Source of the DNA: Octopus vulgaris | Taxonomy: Eukaryota | Length of the DNA stretch: 64,000 nucleotides | Assembly: GCA_951406725.2 (NCBI GenBank) | Contig: OX597830.1 | Span: 41,664,001 to 41,728,000, forward strand | Direction: 5' to 3' | Shown here: piece after piece, positions 11,769 through 26,320 of the stretch | Numbering within the stretch: position 1 is the stretch's first letter | Layout of the letters: each line of letters opens with the position of its first letter | Program-made: the position numbers and the translations under genes | The notes under the pieces: generated by a model | Told to the model about the DNA's origin: nothing | Database searches by the model: none | The model's input: only the letters and a program-made list of their open reading frames with translations

Positions 11769-14700
11769 TGTGAGAGAGAGAGTGATTGGAGACCAGATCA
11801 TAGCTGTATATTCTAAAGAGTTACAATGGTTTTGTTTGTTTTTTTTTCTGTTGACCTTGTGTGGATGTAGTGAATGTTTTAAATGTGTTCAATGATTTAG
11901 TGTGCTTTTGCTTCAATGTTTTATGGTGTGTTCAATGTCAGTTAATTCAATCGAATGTCAGGCCCAATAATTTTGAATATTTTATGATAGACTATATGTC
12001 GTTGTTATGTTAGGTATAAAATTGTATTTACTCAGTCCTGAGTGCATCTAAGGATTTTTATATCAGCTGTGCTCCCAGGTCATTTGCACTGTTTTTCTTG
12101 CAAGTAACTATTTCACATTCCTTTACTCATAAAGTTTGCTTTTCTCCTGTCACTTCTACATTATTTTAATCCACAGCCCTAGTCACCATTCCATATTACA
12201 CCACATTTTTTTATCTGTTAATTTCAGAATTGGATATAAGACAAGCGAAAGGCTTATTCCCAAAAGATGTAATTTTGCTAACCATTGAAGATCCAAAATC
12301 AAATGTTGGAAGTGGAGGAGCAACAATTAATGCTTTGTTGGCTGTTACTGAGCATATCTGTGCTAAAAAAGGATATACGGTAAGGAATTGGTTGAGTCTT
12401 ATTGTTTATTGCAGGTATTGATGCCATAACTAGAAAGCCTAGAGAAGCTTTGAGAAAGTTGTTTAACTTCTAATCAACCTTGATCATGCAGACCTATAAT
12501 CAAAGGTACTGTCAATTCGGATAGCTGGTCCCTCTGTTGGGTCGACATTTGGCAGGCTCTCTTTCTCCCTTGCATTCTCTTCATTTAACAACCTTTCATA
12601 GTGGTGTCACCAAGTCTCTCTCTTTGCAGCCTCATTAAATGCAAGTGATCCATCATCCATGTGGACACATTTCTCTCCTATGACATCATGATTCCCTCTC
12701 ATACTCTGTCTTGCAACATGAAACACTTCAAGTTTTTGGTCCTCACGGCACAGAACATTGGCAAAGTTTATCCTATCTGCTTCCACTCTTGCTAAGTAAA
12801 TCTGTCTCCTATCTTCCCTACTGGCAATTTGATACAGTTCCCTTCTACCACCGTTCTTCCAGTCCTTCCATGCTTGTTTCTTTTCCTTAATGTCTCTGTC
12901 AACTACATTGTTAAACCACCAGGTTAGGTTGAGAGGGTGCTTTGCACCATCCACAGATATGGTCAGTGGCCCTCAATGGGTTCTCCCATAGGAACCTCCA
13001 GTTGTCTTACACATTAGGTGATGCTATGTCTTCCTCTATTTCGGCAAATGCTTCGAGTAATATGTCTCTAAATCTCTGTCCATTCACAGGATCCTTAAGC
13101 TTCCAGATACTTCTTTTCCATGCTGGTCATCATCTAGGCGCCCATTTAGCCCTGATCCTAAAGTCACTAACTACTAACCTATGTTGTGGGGTGCATTCTT
13201 CACCTGGGAAGGTTTCAGCATTTCCTGGTGAGGATGTAGTCAATCTGACCAGTGTGTCCACCTGACTGGCAGGTTTCCTGAAGTTAGTATTACAACCATA
13301 AGATCATTTGCATCACAGAACTCCAGCAGCCTGATTCCTTCCTTGCTGTGGGAACCAAATCCATAGCTACCATGTACACCATGGAAGCCCCCTGCATGTT
13401 GTCCAACATGTCCATTGAAGTTACCAGCCACAAAGAGAAGGTCTCTGTCATTCGTTGACGAGGTAGTCTGCAAGAGGGTGTCTTAAAATCGATTTTCTGT
13501 TCATCAGGTAGCCCTGGCTACCGAAATAATGGTTGCTAATCCATGTTGCAAGCACTAAACTAAGCTTAAGTATTCTATCACAGACTCTGACTTACCTTGA
13601 TTACCTTATCAACCAATTTCTCTGCAAGAAGTATACATATGCCCCACCGACCCCTTCAGTGTTCCCTACCCAGAAAATCTTATACCTATGCTCTTTGCCT
13701 GTGAGGAACCTTGCAGAACCTCCTCTCTACCTTACTTCTTGGATGCACCACAAATTTACACGTCTCTGTTCAAGCAGATGTATGTGTACACATGCATTTA
13801 TGTGTACCCTTGTGTAGACATCATGCGATGGCTGTAAATGAGCATCACTGTCATACAAGCGAAGTTGTTTGTTTCCAATCATCTGTGAAAAACATGTCTG
13901 GCCATGAGGAAATATTACCTTGCTTGGAAACAGGTAAGGGTTAGCTACTGGAAGTGTATCCAGCCAATTCCATCCAACCTATGCAAGCACGAAAAAGTAG
14001 ATGCTAAATGATGATGATGTATATGACAGATTTTCACAGGTTTCTGACTCTGAAATTTTACTCATAAAGCATTGATTAACCTGGCTGTGAGAGAAGACAT
14101 TTAACCAAGATGCTAAATAGTAAGATTAAACCTACAATGACAGAGTTGTAAAGTAAACTTCTTTACCACACAGTGATCTCTACATCTATATTTGGCTGCT
14201 ATTTCTAGCAGACCAAGCAACCACATAGAAGTTCCATCACCATACATTTGTTGGTGGTGTTATCATAGTCATTGCTACCATCACTACTGCTGCTTGCTGC
14301 TGTTTCTATAACCAATAAGTAGAGCAATGACAAAAAGATACTTGAAATTTCATTTAAAGAATTTCAAAAGACATCTAAGAAAATGTTTCAATTATGCCAT
14401 TGAGTGTTTGTTGAAAATCAACAAAAGTTTGATGAAAAATATTCTCATGGTTTTCTTTAAATATAGTAAAAACTGATAAATTTTTTGTCTTTCAGGCTAT
14501 TAATGCTGATGTTCTCCAAAACTGCTACATACTTATTCTTCACAGTGTAAGTTGTATTTCTTCTCCTTATAATTCCATTCACAAACGACAAAGAACGAGG
14601 AGTTGTGCTGATTTTCTGTACTTGAGAAGACATGGCAAGCTATGTAAAATCCTGGCCATCCATACAGACAGGCTTGTCCTTTACAGATGCCAGTGCTACA

Positions 14701-17700
14701 TAAAATGCAGTTGTGCTATGTAAATAAGATGAAGTGTTCAGAGGTGCCTTAATAATCTTATGAGTTAAGGAATGTTGCCTTCACTATCACTTTGTACATT
14801 TGTTCCTTCTGAAATGATTTGAACCAACACAGGTTACAACTAATCTAATTAAATTCTAATGATTATCTTCATACATTATCAAGTTGAATATTATTGGCTC
14901 CTATATTAACTAAATATTTCAGAAAACAATTTTATCAATCAGAATAATAATCAAGACACCATATCAGGTAACACCATATCAAGTAATAATCCCTAATTCA
15001 TATAGTTATTCTAAAATTAGTCAAAACCAGTTCTTGGTTTGGCAGATTAAATATAACACTGCATTTCAAGAATCTTTTCTGTATTTAGCAATTTCACTGG
15101 AAAAGGTCTGATTACTACAAAAATTGTCTTTAAAAAATGTTTTAATTCAGTATAATAGTGTTATCCAAAGATATAACTTAAAGTGAATTGAATTAACTTT
15201 AAAAAATTTTTTTTTAAATGGTTGAGGTTCAGAATTTAAAAAAAAATCAATTTGCTAGTTAAAAACCAGTTGTTACTTCTCAGCAGATCAATAACATAGT
15301 TGATCAATTAATCAATCAAAACACTTAATTGTAACGTTTCTATTTTGATTTTTTGATTTTCTCTCTAATAATCTGTATTTAAATTCTAACTTTGGATTAT
15401 TCTGATTTCTGTCATTTTTCTAGTAGATTCTGTGCATGCCATTACAAAACTAAAATACTTCATTATATTACAATCTAAAACAATCCTATTAGGTGCCAAT
15501 ATGTCTTTGAAAGATGTCTATAACTCAGTTTTAATTGACATGCATAATGTGGAACTGAGCAGGAAAGACAATTATAAGGATTTAATCATATTTATAGAAA
15601 GTAAGAAAATAGATGGTGACCCCTATTTCAGCAACTAATATTCAACTATAAAAACTATTCAGATTGACTGGACAATTACTAACTGATGTGCTGTTGACCC
15701 TTTTTCAATAGGGAAATAACACTGGCAATTCTCCAGCTGGCGTCCCTTTTTTAAGCGTCCCCAGACTTGACAAATTTTCGTATCTGCTCATCGTTACATA
15801 AGCTAAAGCTCACATGTGGTGCTGAGTTACAATTCATGTAGGCTACAGAACACATCTTCAAGTGTGCATCAGGTGGTAAACTAGGATAAGCAATTCAGTT
15901 TTCGTGCCTTGGTCTTATTACTCTCTCTCTTTTACTCTTGTACTTGTTTCAGTCATTTGACTACAGCCATGCTGGAGCACCGCCTTTAGTCAAGCAAATC
16001 GACCCCCAAGACTTATTCTTTATAAGCCTAGTACTTATTCTATTGGTCTCTTTTGCCAAACCGCTAAGTTACATGGATATAAACACACCACCATCAGTTG
16101 TCAAGCGATGTTGGGGGGGACAAACACAGACACACAAACACACTCACACATATATACATATGTATGATGGGCTTCTTTCAGTTTCTGTCTACCAAAACCA
16201 CTGTGACATCTTGCAAGCATTAATTTCAACTCTTCTTATAAAGTGCATAACTGCATTGACACCTTATACTGAAATTTCAATAAACTAACAAGTGTACTAA
16301 GCAAACCAACCTGTATTTGGTAGAAACTACAGGCAGATCACACCATGCTATCTTTATATAATGCATGTGTCTTTAAATGCACATAGAAGTACACGTATGT
16401 ATTAGGTATGCATATAGATGTATGAATATGCATATATATATATATATATATATAATTCTTATAGACACCTACTGATATTATTTTAATCCCTGTTCTATGA
16501 AATAAAATCTTTCTAACATGCTTTTTAATTTTTCTTATTTCAGGGTCGATGTTATCCCTACAGTTCCTGTAGACACGCTTTCCTTCCATTACCTGTGAAA
16601 TACCAGAAATCAAGTTATGACTCACTTCTCTGTCTTATTGACATTACTTACAAAACTATAACTGAAAATGTAAGTAATTTTCTTACCATTATTTAACTTT
16701 GAAGCTACTTTAACAAAATAATTCTTCATATCTTTTAATGAAATATGTAATGAATGTTGGGATAAATCATTTACATTGGACAGATATGTGTCCTCATTTT
16801 GTTTGTTGTTACCACAACGTTTCGGCTGATTTACTCTCCCACCTTCATCAGGTGTCCTGGTAGAAATAATATAGTATGGGTTTATGTTGGTATACATACA
16901 TAGGTGCTGGCATGGTAGTGTGGTTCAGAAGCTCACTTTGTAATCCATGGTTTCAGGTTCAGTCCCACTACATGGCACTTTGGGCAAGAGTCTTCTATAA
17001 TCCTGGGCTGACCAGTGCTATGTGAGTGAATTTGGTAAATGGAAACTGTGGAAGCCTGTTGTGTGTGTATGTTGTGTTTATCTCCACCCCCAACTTGACA
17101 ACTTGCTGGTTTGTTTACATCCCCATAACAATGTTTTGGCAAAAACAGACCAATAGAATAAGTTCCAGACTTGAAATAAGCACTGGTATTCAACTAAATT
17201 CTTCAAGGTAGTTCCCTAATATGGCTGCTGTTTCATTTTTTGCACTGTTACTTGTAGCCTGGAAAACCTTATAATAAAAATCAGCAATTTTGACCTTGCA
17301 TCCGGTAATCTTTGGTAAAGGATTAAATGCTAAGATTAAACAAAAGTCAAGCAACAATTGACTGTCAATTTGTGTTTTGTGTCTATTAGTAAAACTGGCA
17401 TGTGACACCATCCTTCTTAAGAATTAAAAATGATACAAGTCTTTGAACATAGTCGAGTAATCCATCATTTGATTTGTATTGTATCTGAACAGATCAAAAC
17501 TACTGAGTAGCAAAACCATCATAAGATATTGGCATTGGATTGAACCTTGCTGCAATCAATGTAATTATCCTGGACAAAGTGCATAACTGTATCTGATTCA
17601 GCTTTACTGATTGACAAAAATGGGTTTCATCTCATTCTAAGCCATTCAGCAGTTCAGTTAAAATGGTTATTAATTTTTAAAATATGTGAAATTAAAATAC

Positions 17701-20700
17701 ATGCCCTAGCATGATCACAGCCTTTGGACTGAAACACATAAAAGAATTTACTCATAACGGTAATTTAAGACTAATATTTACTTATCGAGTACAATGTTTT
17801 AAAGCTGTTTATATACATTTCTCCTCATTAGTGAAATTTTGTCTTCATATTGTTACTTAGTCCCAGCTCAATGCAGATAAAGACAACACAGATTCTACCT
17901 AGTACTACATTATCCAATATACCCTTCTTTCTTCTCTCTCTCTAATTTAGCCAAGGGAGACTTGGCCTCTATTTCTAGCAGATTGAGTGATGGCATACAG
18001 GCCCCCTCATTGTCTTTATGTTGTCATATAGAACTGAGTCGGTATTAAATCAACAACATGCATACAACTAACCATGTCACAGATACCACTACTTCTTTTG
18101 ATCTGGCATCATTGCATACAAGAGATCTAAAGTCTTCAGATCTGACCTCACTATGTTCTCTCAACTTCTCTGCTGCACATTCCTTCTGCTATCAGTATAT
18201 GTTACCTTTGACACCCAGGAAATGTCTTCTGTATGTATTAAATATCATTACCAGTACAGCCATTATATAGATCTTTCTTCTACCATTGAGGTTTTAGCAT
18301 CATGTTGTGGCTCAGTCCCATGTTGCTTCTGATCAAGAAGACCTAACAAAGCAGCCTCCTCTCTTGTGATGCTTGGCCACACCATTTATAGATTTTATCA
18401 TTTTTACCCATATTTCTTCTTTTTTTTTTTTTTTTTTTTGCTGTATCTATTGTACTTGATAAGACGTATCAAGCTAAGTAAAATCACTGTCTTCCACACA
18501 TACAGGCTTGTCCTTTCGGGTGCTGGTGCCAGTGCTGCGTTAATGCACCCATGCTGTGTCAATGTACCCATGCCGGTGCTGCATAAACACACCCATATCA
18601 GTGGCACCTAAGAACCACCCAGAACATTCTGTTAAATGTTGACATTAGGAAAGGCATCCAGCTGTAGAAAACCTGCCACAACGGGCAGTTGGAGTCTGGA
18701 CAGCTTTATGTCAAACCGTCCAACCCATGCCAGCATGGAAACCAGATGTTAAACGATGGTGATGATATTTCTTTAAATGTTTGCTTTCTTTTCACAGATT
18801 GCTCAATATGCTCCCCCTGGTATCTGGGTGTGCAGCACAGATATGATGTTATGTGTTCCTGAGGGTGCTAGTACGTATTATTGTCAAAGAATTTCTTAAT
18901 TATCTATTAAGCTATGAATAAAGTTTATGTCTAAATTAATAACTATCTTTATTTTTAACTTGTTTCAGTCATTAGACTGGCCATGCTGGGGCACCACCTC
19001 AAACAATTTTAGTCGACTGAATCAACTGAAACTCATTCTGTCCATTTTTTTTGCCAAATTGCTAAGTTATGGGGATGTAAACATACTGACACCGGTTGTC
19101 AAGCACACACACACACAGATGGATAGACATTTAGATACAAGAGGATTCTTTCAGGTTCCATCTACTAAATCCACTCACAAGGCTTTGGTCAGCCTGGGGC
19201 TGTGGGGCTGAACCTGAATCCATTTGATTGGAAAGCAAGCTTCTTACCACTCAGCCATGCCTGCACCTATGTAAAAAAATATTTTTGGCAAGTCTTAATA
19301 CCTGATTTATAAAAGTTACAATGACCACCAGATATTTTAACTGCTTATATACAAGTGTCTTTTGCCATATATCCTTAGAGTGACCAATACCTTATGCCAG
19401 AATTTGGAAGATGGAAACTATGCAGAAGCCTTTCATCGATATACACCTACATATTTGTATGTGTGTGTATGTACACATTACATAGATCTGTGTGTGTTTA
19501 TGTTTACGCTGGTTGAGAAACCGTTATGTTGTGTCCTGTTCTGACCAGTAACTTAATGGCGGTGAACTAGCAGAAACGTTGGCACGCCGGGCGAGATGGT
19601 TTGCAGTATTTTGTCTGCTGCTACGTTCTGAGTTCAAATTCCGCCGAGGTCGACTTTGCCTTTCATCCTTTCGGGGTCGATTAAATAAGTACCAGTTACG
19701 CACTGGGGTTGATATAATCGACTTATTCCGTTTTTCTGTCCTTGTTTGTCCTCTCTGTGTTTAGCCCCTTGTGGGTAGTAAAGAAATAGGTTTATAAAAT
19801 TGAAATTCGTAAAAATAAGTACCAGATTGAATCAAGTATTGGATTGATATGATTGTCTAAGGCTTTGACAGTGCTGCTGCACTGTAATCATAATCCAATA
19901 ACTAAAAATAAAAACAGCAAAAGAATTAATTATTTTTATTATTATTATTAAGGTGGCCAGCTGGCAGAATCGTTAGCATACTGGACGAAATGCTTAGCTG
20001 CATCTCATCCATCTTTACATTCTGCATGCATATTCCGCCAAGGTTGACTTTGCCTTTCATCCTTTCAGGGTTGATAAATTAAGTACCAGTTACACGCTGG
20101 GGTCAATGTAATCGACAATCACCCAAAATTTCAGACCTTGTGCCTATAGCAGAAAGGATCATCATCATCATTATTATCATCATCATCATCGTTATTATAT
20201 AAGGTGGGGAGCTGGCAGAATGGTTAGCACACCAGGCAAAATGCTTAGTGACATATACATCTTTACATTCTGAGTTCAAGTTCCACTGAGGTTTACATTG
20301 CCTTTCATCTTTTCGGGGTTGATGACATAAGTACCAGTCACATACTGGGGTTTATGTAATCAACTTGTCCCCTCCTCCAAATTTCAGGTCTTGTGCCTAT
20401 AATAGAAAGTATAATTTTTTTTTTTTTTTTTTTTTTTTTTTTCAAGAATTCCAATGGACAGATGCAGATGTTTGTGCTGTTACATTTCCAAGTACTGTTT
20501 CATACTGCAAAGACCATGGTATATACAAGACAGATGCTCAGGTAAGTTATTTATCTCATTTCTATGTATAATTGTATATACCATCCATCATTTACTGCTA
20601 ACGATTCTCCATAGGTTACTATCAACTGCTTACCATCAACATTTCTCTACTCCTTACCATCGACTATTGGACCTCAGTGGTTATTATCTATCATCTTATC

Positions 20701-23700
20701 TTCCAGTTTTATCATCTACTGCAGGTCTTCACTGGTTGCTGTTACCATTTGTCTTCAATATTTCTTTGATGACTACCATCTATCCATTATCAATAAGTGA
20801 TAGTCATAGTTCTTGATAAATTTGGTTGCAAATATATATGCAGGTGTGGCTGTGTGGTAAGAAGCTTGCTTCTCAACCACATGGGTCTGGATTCAGTTCC
20901 ACTGCATGGCACCTTGGGCAAGTGTCTTCTACTAAAGCCTCAGGTCAACCAAAGCCTCGTGAGTGGATTTAGTAGACAGAAACTGAAAGAAGCCGATCAT
21001 ATATAGATATGTATATATCTATGTGTGTGTCTGTGCTTGTCACTCCCCCCCTCCAATCACCACTCGGCAGCTGGTGTTGGTGTGTTTACATCCTCATAAC
21101 TGAGCAGTTCAGCAAAAGAAACTGATAGAATAAGTACTAGGCTTAAAAAATATCCTGCGGTCAATTTGTTTGACTAAAACCCCTCAAGGCAGTGCTCCAG
21201 CATGGCCACCATCAAATGACTGAATAAAAGAATAAAAAGAATATTTCTTTAATTTACATTTGGATGACCTTACTAATGCCTTGCTTTAGGCTGTAATGAA
21301 TCTACAAAGGAGCTTGTTGTAGTGGTTCAGCCTGCTACAAATAGCAACCAAATCTCCCTCAAATTATCATCCTACTGTCTTAAAAATGAAAGATGCATTA
21401 AATAATGTAGTTCTAGATACACTTTATAGAAAGTAAAAAATAGCATCCTTATAACTGACCTAGGGTTAAATAACAGCAGCAACACTAATGGCTTGATCTT
21501 GTGATTGTAACCTATTTTTCATCATAATTTTTCCTGTATTCTATGCTGGCATGAGTTGTACACTTTCACTGAATTTGACCGGTCAAAGGACTATGTTGAG
21601 CTCAAATGTCTGCTTTGGCATTGTGGGTACCTTTCCCAATGCCAACCACTTCACAGTGTGCACAGGGTGCTTTTTTTATGTCACCAACACTAGTGTGGTA
21701 TCTGAGTAACTCTTGAAACAAGACCCCTTGATCGGACAGGGTGTGACATTGAGGGAGGTTGCTTATGTCAGGTGTTGAGAGGCAAGAGTGTGAGAGAGGT
21801 ATAGGAACAGGTGTCTAGCTGCTGGAGATATATCTGGAAAAAGAAAAGTAGTATTGACACAGAAGTGTCTGGATGTAGCTTCATGGTACAAGATGGTGAA
21901 CATGAAGGGGATGCAGACTAAGGAACAGATGGAGAGAATAGGAACAGAGAATCAGGTAAATTGCAAGAGTTTGAGGTGACCAAAAGGAGTAGAGGTGATG
22001 CAGTGAATAGCAAATGAGATGGAGCATTGTCAATAGCTCGATTTCAGCTCAGTAAATCAAGAACCATAAAGAAATGTCTTTCCTAACATCCTCATCGTTT
22101 TCACATCTACTTTTCCATACCATCATAGATTGGACAGAATTTGTTGAGGTCAATTTTCTACCTGGATTTTCCAAGTAAAGTAATTTTACTCCATGACCAG
22201 AGCTCCTTTCGCAGAATATAAGTTTTAAATTTTGGCACAAGGCCAGCAATTTTCCGGGAGCGAGTAAGCCAGTTTCATTGACCTAGTACTCAACTGGTAC
22301 TTATTTTATCGACCCTGAAAGGATGAAAGGCAAAGTTGACCTCGGTGAAATTTGAACTCAGAATGTGAAGATAGACAAAATGCTGCCAAGTATTTTGCCT
22401 GGCATGCCAGTGATTCTGCCAGCTTGCTGCCTTTCTTCCACAGAATATTGGAAATAAGGAACACCATTTGCATGACTGTGACATTCATTTACAAGTATCA
22501 TTTGATGTCAAAGCAAGGACACAATAACACACACATATAATGGGATTTTTTCAGTTTCCCTTTACCAAATCCATTATCAAGGATTTGGTCTATGGTAGAA
22601 AACACTTACTCTAAGTGCCATGCAGTGGGACTGAACCCAGAACCATGTAGTTGGGAAGCAAACTTTTCACACCTTCACTTGTGCCTTTTAGACATTGTAT
22701 AATAAGAGGATATTTTTTAATTGAAGGGTTTCACACTTGTTTCTGTTGTTGAGGCACAGGTCACTGAGCTGGCCTATCATTAAAAGCCTCCCACCCATAG
22801 TTGGCATTACATATCTAGGACTACATTATCCACGGCTATCATGCATTTCATATTCACAGGACTAAGAGAAATATTACTTTGCTTGGAAACAGGTGAGGGT
22901 TGGTAACAGAAAGAGCATCCAACTGTACAAAAATCTGCCTCATACAATCTCCTCTGATCCATGCAAGCATGGAAAAATGGATGTTAAAAACATGTAATTG
23001 AATAAGTTTCTATTTATTTTTGTTTGATCTTCCTTCACTGTTATATTTACTTTGTCTTTTTTTTCCCCTTTTATAGGGCTTTGTTGAGGACATCCTTTAT
23101 AAAGTTGATGAAAACGAGATTTTGAAATATATTGGCCCAAATGAAAATCCATTAATTGTAAGTTATTTACAAAGAAACAAACCTTTATAATACCTGTCCT
23201 GACCACATATTCTCTTTCTGTATTTTTATTTCTTACTCTGTGATCTCTTTTCCTTTCTTTGTCATATTAAATCAATCCAACCATGTGTGATAAATTAAAA
23301 ACCTCTATTTCTATATCTGTATGTGACATGTGTATAGATTAAATTCTGCATTATTTTGAAGGAATTTTGTATTTTGCATTAATACAGGCATGTAAGTAAT
23401 TTATTTATTATTAAATATAATAATATAAATTATTTACATGTTTTTAAGTTATGAAACAATTTGTCATGATATTAGAAATTTCTTATTGTTAAATAAAATT
23501 TCATCAAACTATTTCTCTCATTTATTACTTTATAAAAGAGTAAAGGGTAAAGAACTCCTTCAATCATGAGTGACCATGGGGTTGCACCTAGAAAGTTCCC
23601 CTCCAAGGCTCAAGTCCAGTCAAGGTTGTTTGTAGAAGACCAGCAGTTACCCATGCATACCAGCCTCCCTTCTCCATGCCAATGATGTTATCCAAAGGGA

Positions 23701-24594
23701 AGGCAAAGACCACTACAGCTTGGCACCAGTGATGTTGCAGCTCATTTCTACAACTGAGTGAACTGGAACAACATGAAATAAAGTGTTTTGCTCAAGAACA
23801 CAATACACAGCCCTGCTTGGGAATTGAACTCTCTACCTCATGATTGTAAACCCAGTGCTCTAACTACTGAGCCATGTGCCTTCGCATATATATATGTGAA
23901 GATCAAACAAATAGTGTGTGTTTGTGTTTAATTGGCAAAAGATAACCATCCCCAAATAATATATATCATCATCATTGTCATTAACATCCGTCTTCCATGT
24001 TGGCATGGGTTGGACACATATATATAATTTGGGGATGGTTATCTCTTGCCAATTAAACACACACACTATTTGTTTGATCTTCACTTTATCTTTATTATTA
24101 TCATTTTCAGTTTATTTGTCTGAGTTCTTTTGTCATACATTATGTGACCTCTTTAGTGACTTTCTGCCCCTCTTGTCTCCTTTTCTCTAATAATAATAGT
24201 AAAGTTAACATCTCAGCAACATTCTGGGCCATTTTTCTAGTTTTGAAAATGGTTCAAAAATGTTATTTAAATACTAGATAATACAAAAGTTATTCTAATA
24301 TTCTATTACTCTGTATTTCCTACAGGTTACTGGGATATTGATTTAAAAGTTATTCTATTATTCTATTATTCTATTACTCAGTATTTCCTACAGGTTACTG
24401 AGATACTAATTTAACAGTTATTCTATTCTGTATTTTCTACAGGTTACTGGTTTGGTATATTTCAAACAGAATGTGGCAGAAAAGATTCTTTCATTTCATG
24501 TGAAACCTCCATTAGATGGTTGCACTTACATTGGCCTTGATAGTGGACAAACGCCAAAACAGGTATAAGCATCATTAAAGTATCATCTATATAC

Positions 24595-24638
<44 letters not shown>

Positions 24639-24867
24639 TGGAGTAAACACATAAATGTGAAACAAGGTGGAAAAAAGAGTACTCAAATACCAGTGGTAGA
24701 GTAATATGCTTTATTTAAAGCAGCAGAAAATTCAACAAAACGTGTTACTCTGAGTTTCCCGTTCATTGGACAGTTTTTGCTAGATTCTAGCAAAAACTGT
24801 CCGATAAACAGCAACGGGAAACTCAGAGTAACAGGTTTTATTGAATTTTCTGCTGCTTTAAATATAG

Positions 24868-24902
<35 letters not shown>

Positions 24903-26229
24903 GTGTGTGTAATCGTGTGTCAGATATGCCAAAGTATTTGACACATGAAGCACTACTTAAATGTTATTATTTTTTACTTATTTGTTTCTCACCACTCCTT
25001 TGCAGGATCTTGCTTTTTGTAGCCATGCAACCAGGCTGTGTGATTAAGAACCTTGCTTCCCAATCATGTGGTCTTGGGTTCAGTTTTACTGTGTAGCACC
25101 TTGAACAAATGTCTTCTTGTCTTCTACTAAAACCTTTGGGCTGCCAAAGCCTTATGAGTGGATTTGGTAAAAGGAAACTAAAAGAAGCCCATCGCACGCA
25201 TGTGTGTGTGTGTGTGTGTATTCTTGGCATTACTTGATGGTTGTAAATGAGCATCATCAAACCAGTGCTTTTCACATGGCACCATTACCATATATATATA
25301 CAAAGTTAATTGACAAATAAAAAGACCCTAATTAAAGGTATTCTACCTGATTTTCAGTTGTCCCTCTTCTTTGATGTGTTGCTGCCAATGGCTACCAATA
25401 TAACAGAAGAAGATTTCGTATCTGGGAAAAGAGTTCATTCTTTTAAAGACTTTCCTATCAACGAAAACGGAAGTGGAGATTGGCAAAATGCTAAAGAAGT
25501 GCGTCAAATTTTGTGGAATGAATTGAATAGTTTAAAAATAATGACTTGTACGTATCAACTATTTTACTTTGCAATTTCTTTTTTTAAATTCTTTTATTTT
25601 GGAGTGAGTCAGTATTTGTGCTCTTACTGTACAACTGACTCTATGGTCCTAAACTCGGTTGTTGAATTTTGCACCCAGCTAATGCACATTTTTGTCTGCC
25701 TGTTTGGCAAACAAATACCACTCACTGACCCTTTAGTAAGTTATACCCACCTTTCTCTCTCTCTCTCTCTCTCTCTTTGTGTTTGTCCCACCACCCCACT
25801 TGACAACCAGTGTTGGTTTGTTTACATCCCTGTAACTTAGTGTTTTGGCTGAAAAGAATGATAGAATAAGTACCAGACTTAAAAATAAGTCCTGAGATTG
25901 GTTTGTTCAACTAAAAGCCTTCAGGGTAGTGCTCCTGCATGGCTGCAGTCCAATGACTGAAGCAAGTAAAATATATATATATGTGTGTGTATGTATAAAT
26001 ATATACACACACACACATACTGGGTTTTTTCCCGATCAGTCGCCATTATTGATCACTAAATCCATAAGTTTTTTTTTTATTCTCTCTCTGTTTGTTTCCT
26101 CATATTCCTTTCTGTTGAGGAGCGTAGGCTCAAAACATAAAAGACTTTCTCACTTTCCCAAGTATCAAACTAATACACCTGCTTGTTGTTCATACACCTG
26201 TTTCATCTTGTTTTACTGTAAATTACAAC

Positions 26230-26320
<91 letters not shown>

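Noticed and set aside
15712-15801. Exon-like stretch after tttttcaatag in intron 3
   Set aside because: It ends in a stop, shows no FCSK similarity, and exons 3 and 4 already join colinearly.
19556-19650. tRNA-like A/B boxes
   Set aside because: These are SINE heads, with no complete cloverleaf and many diverged copies.
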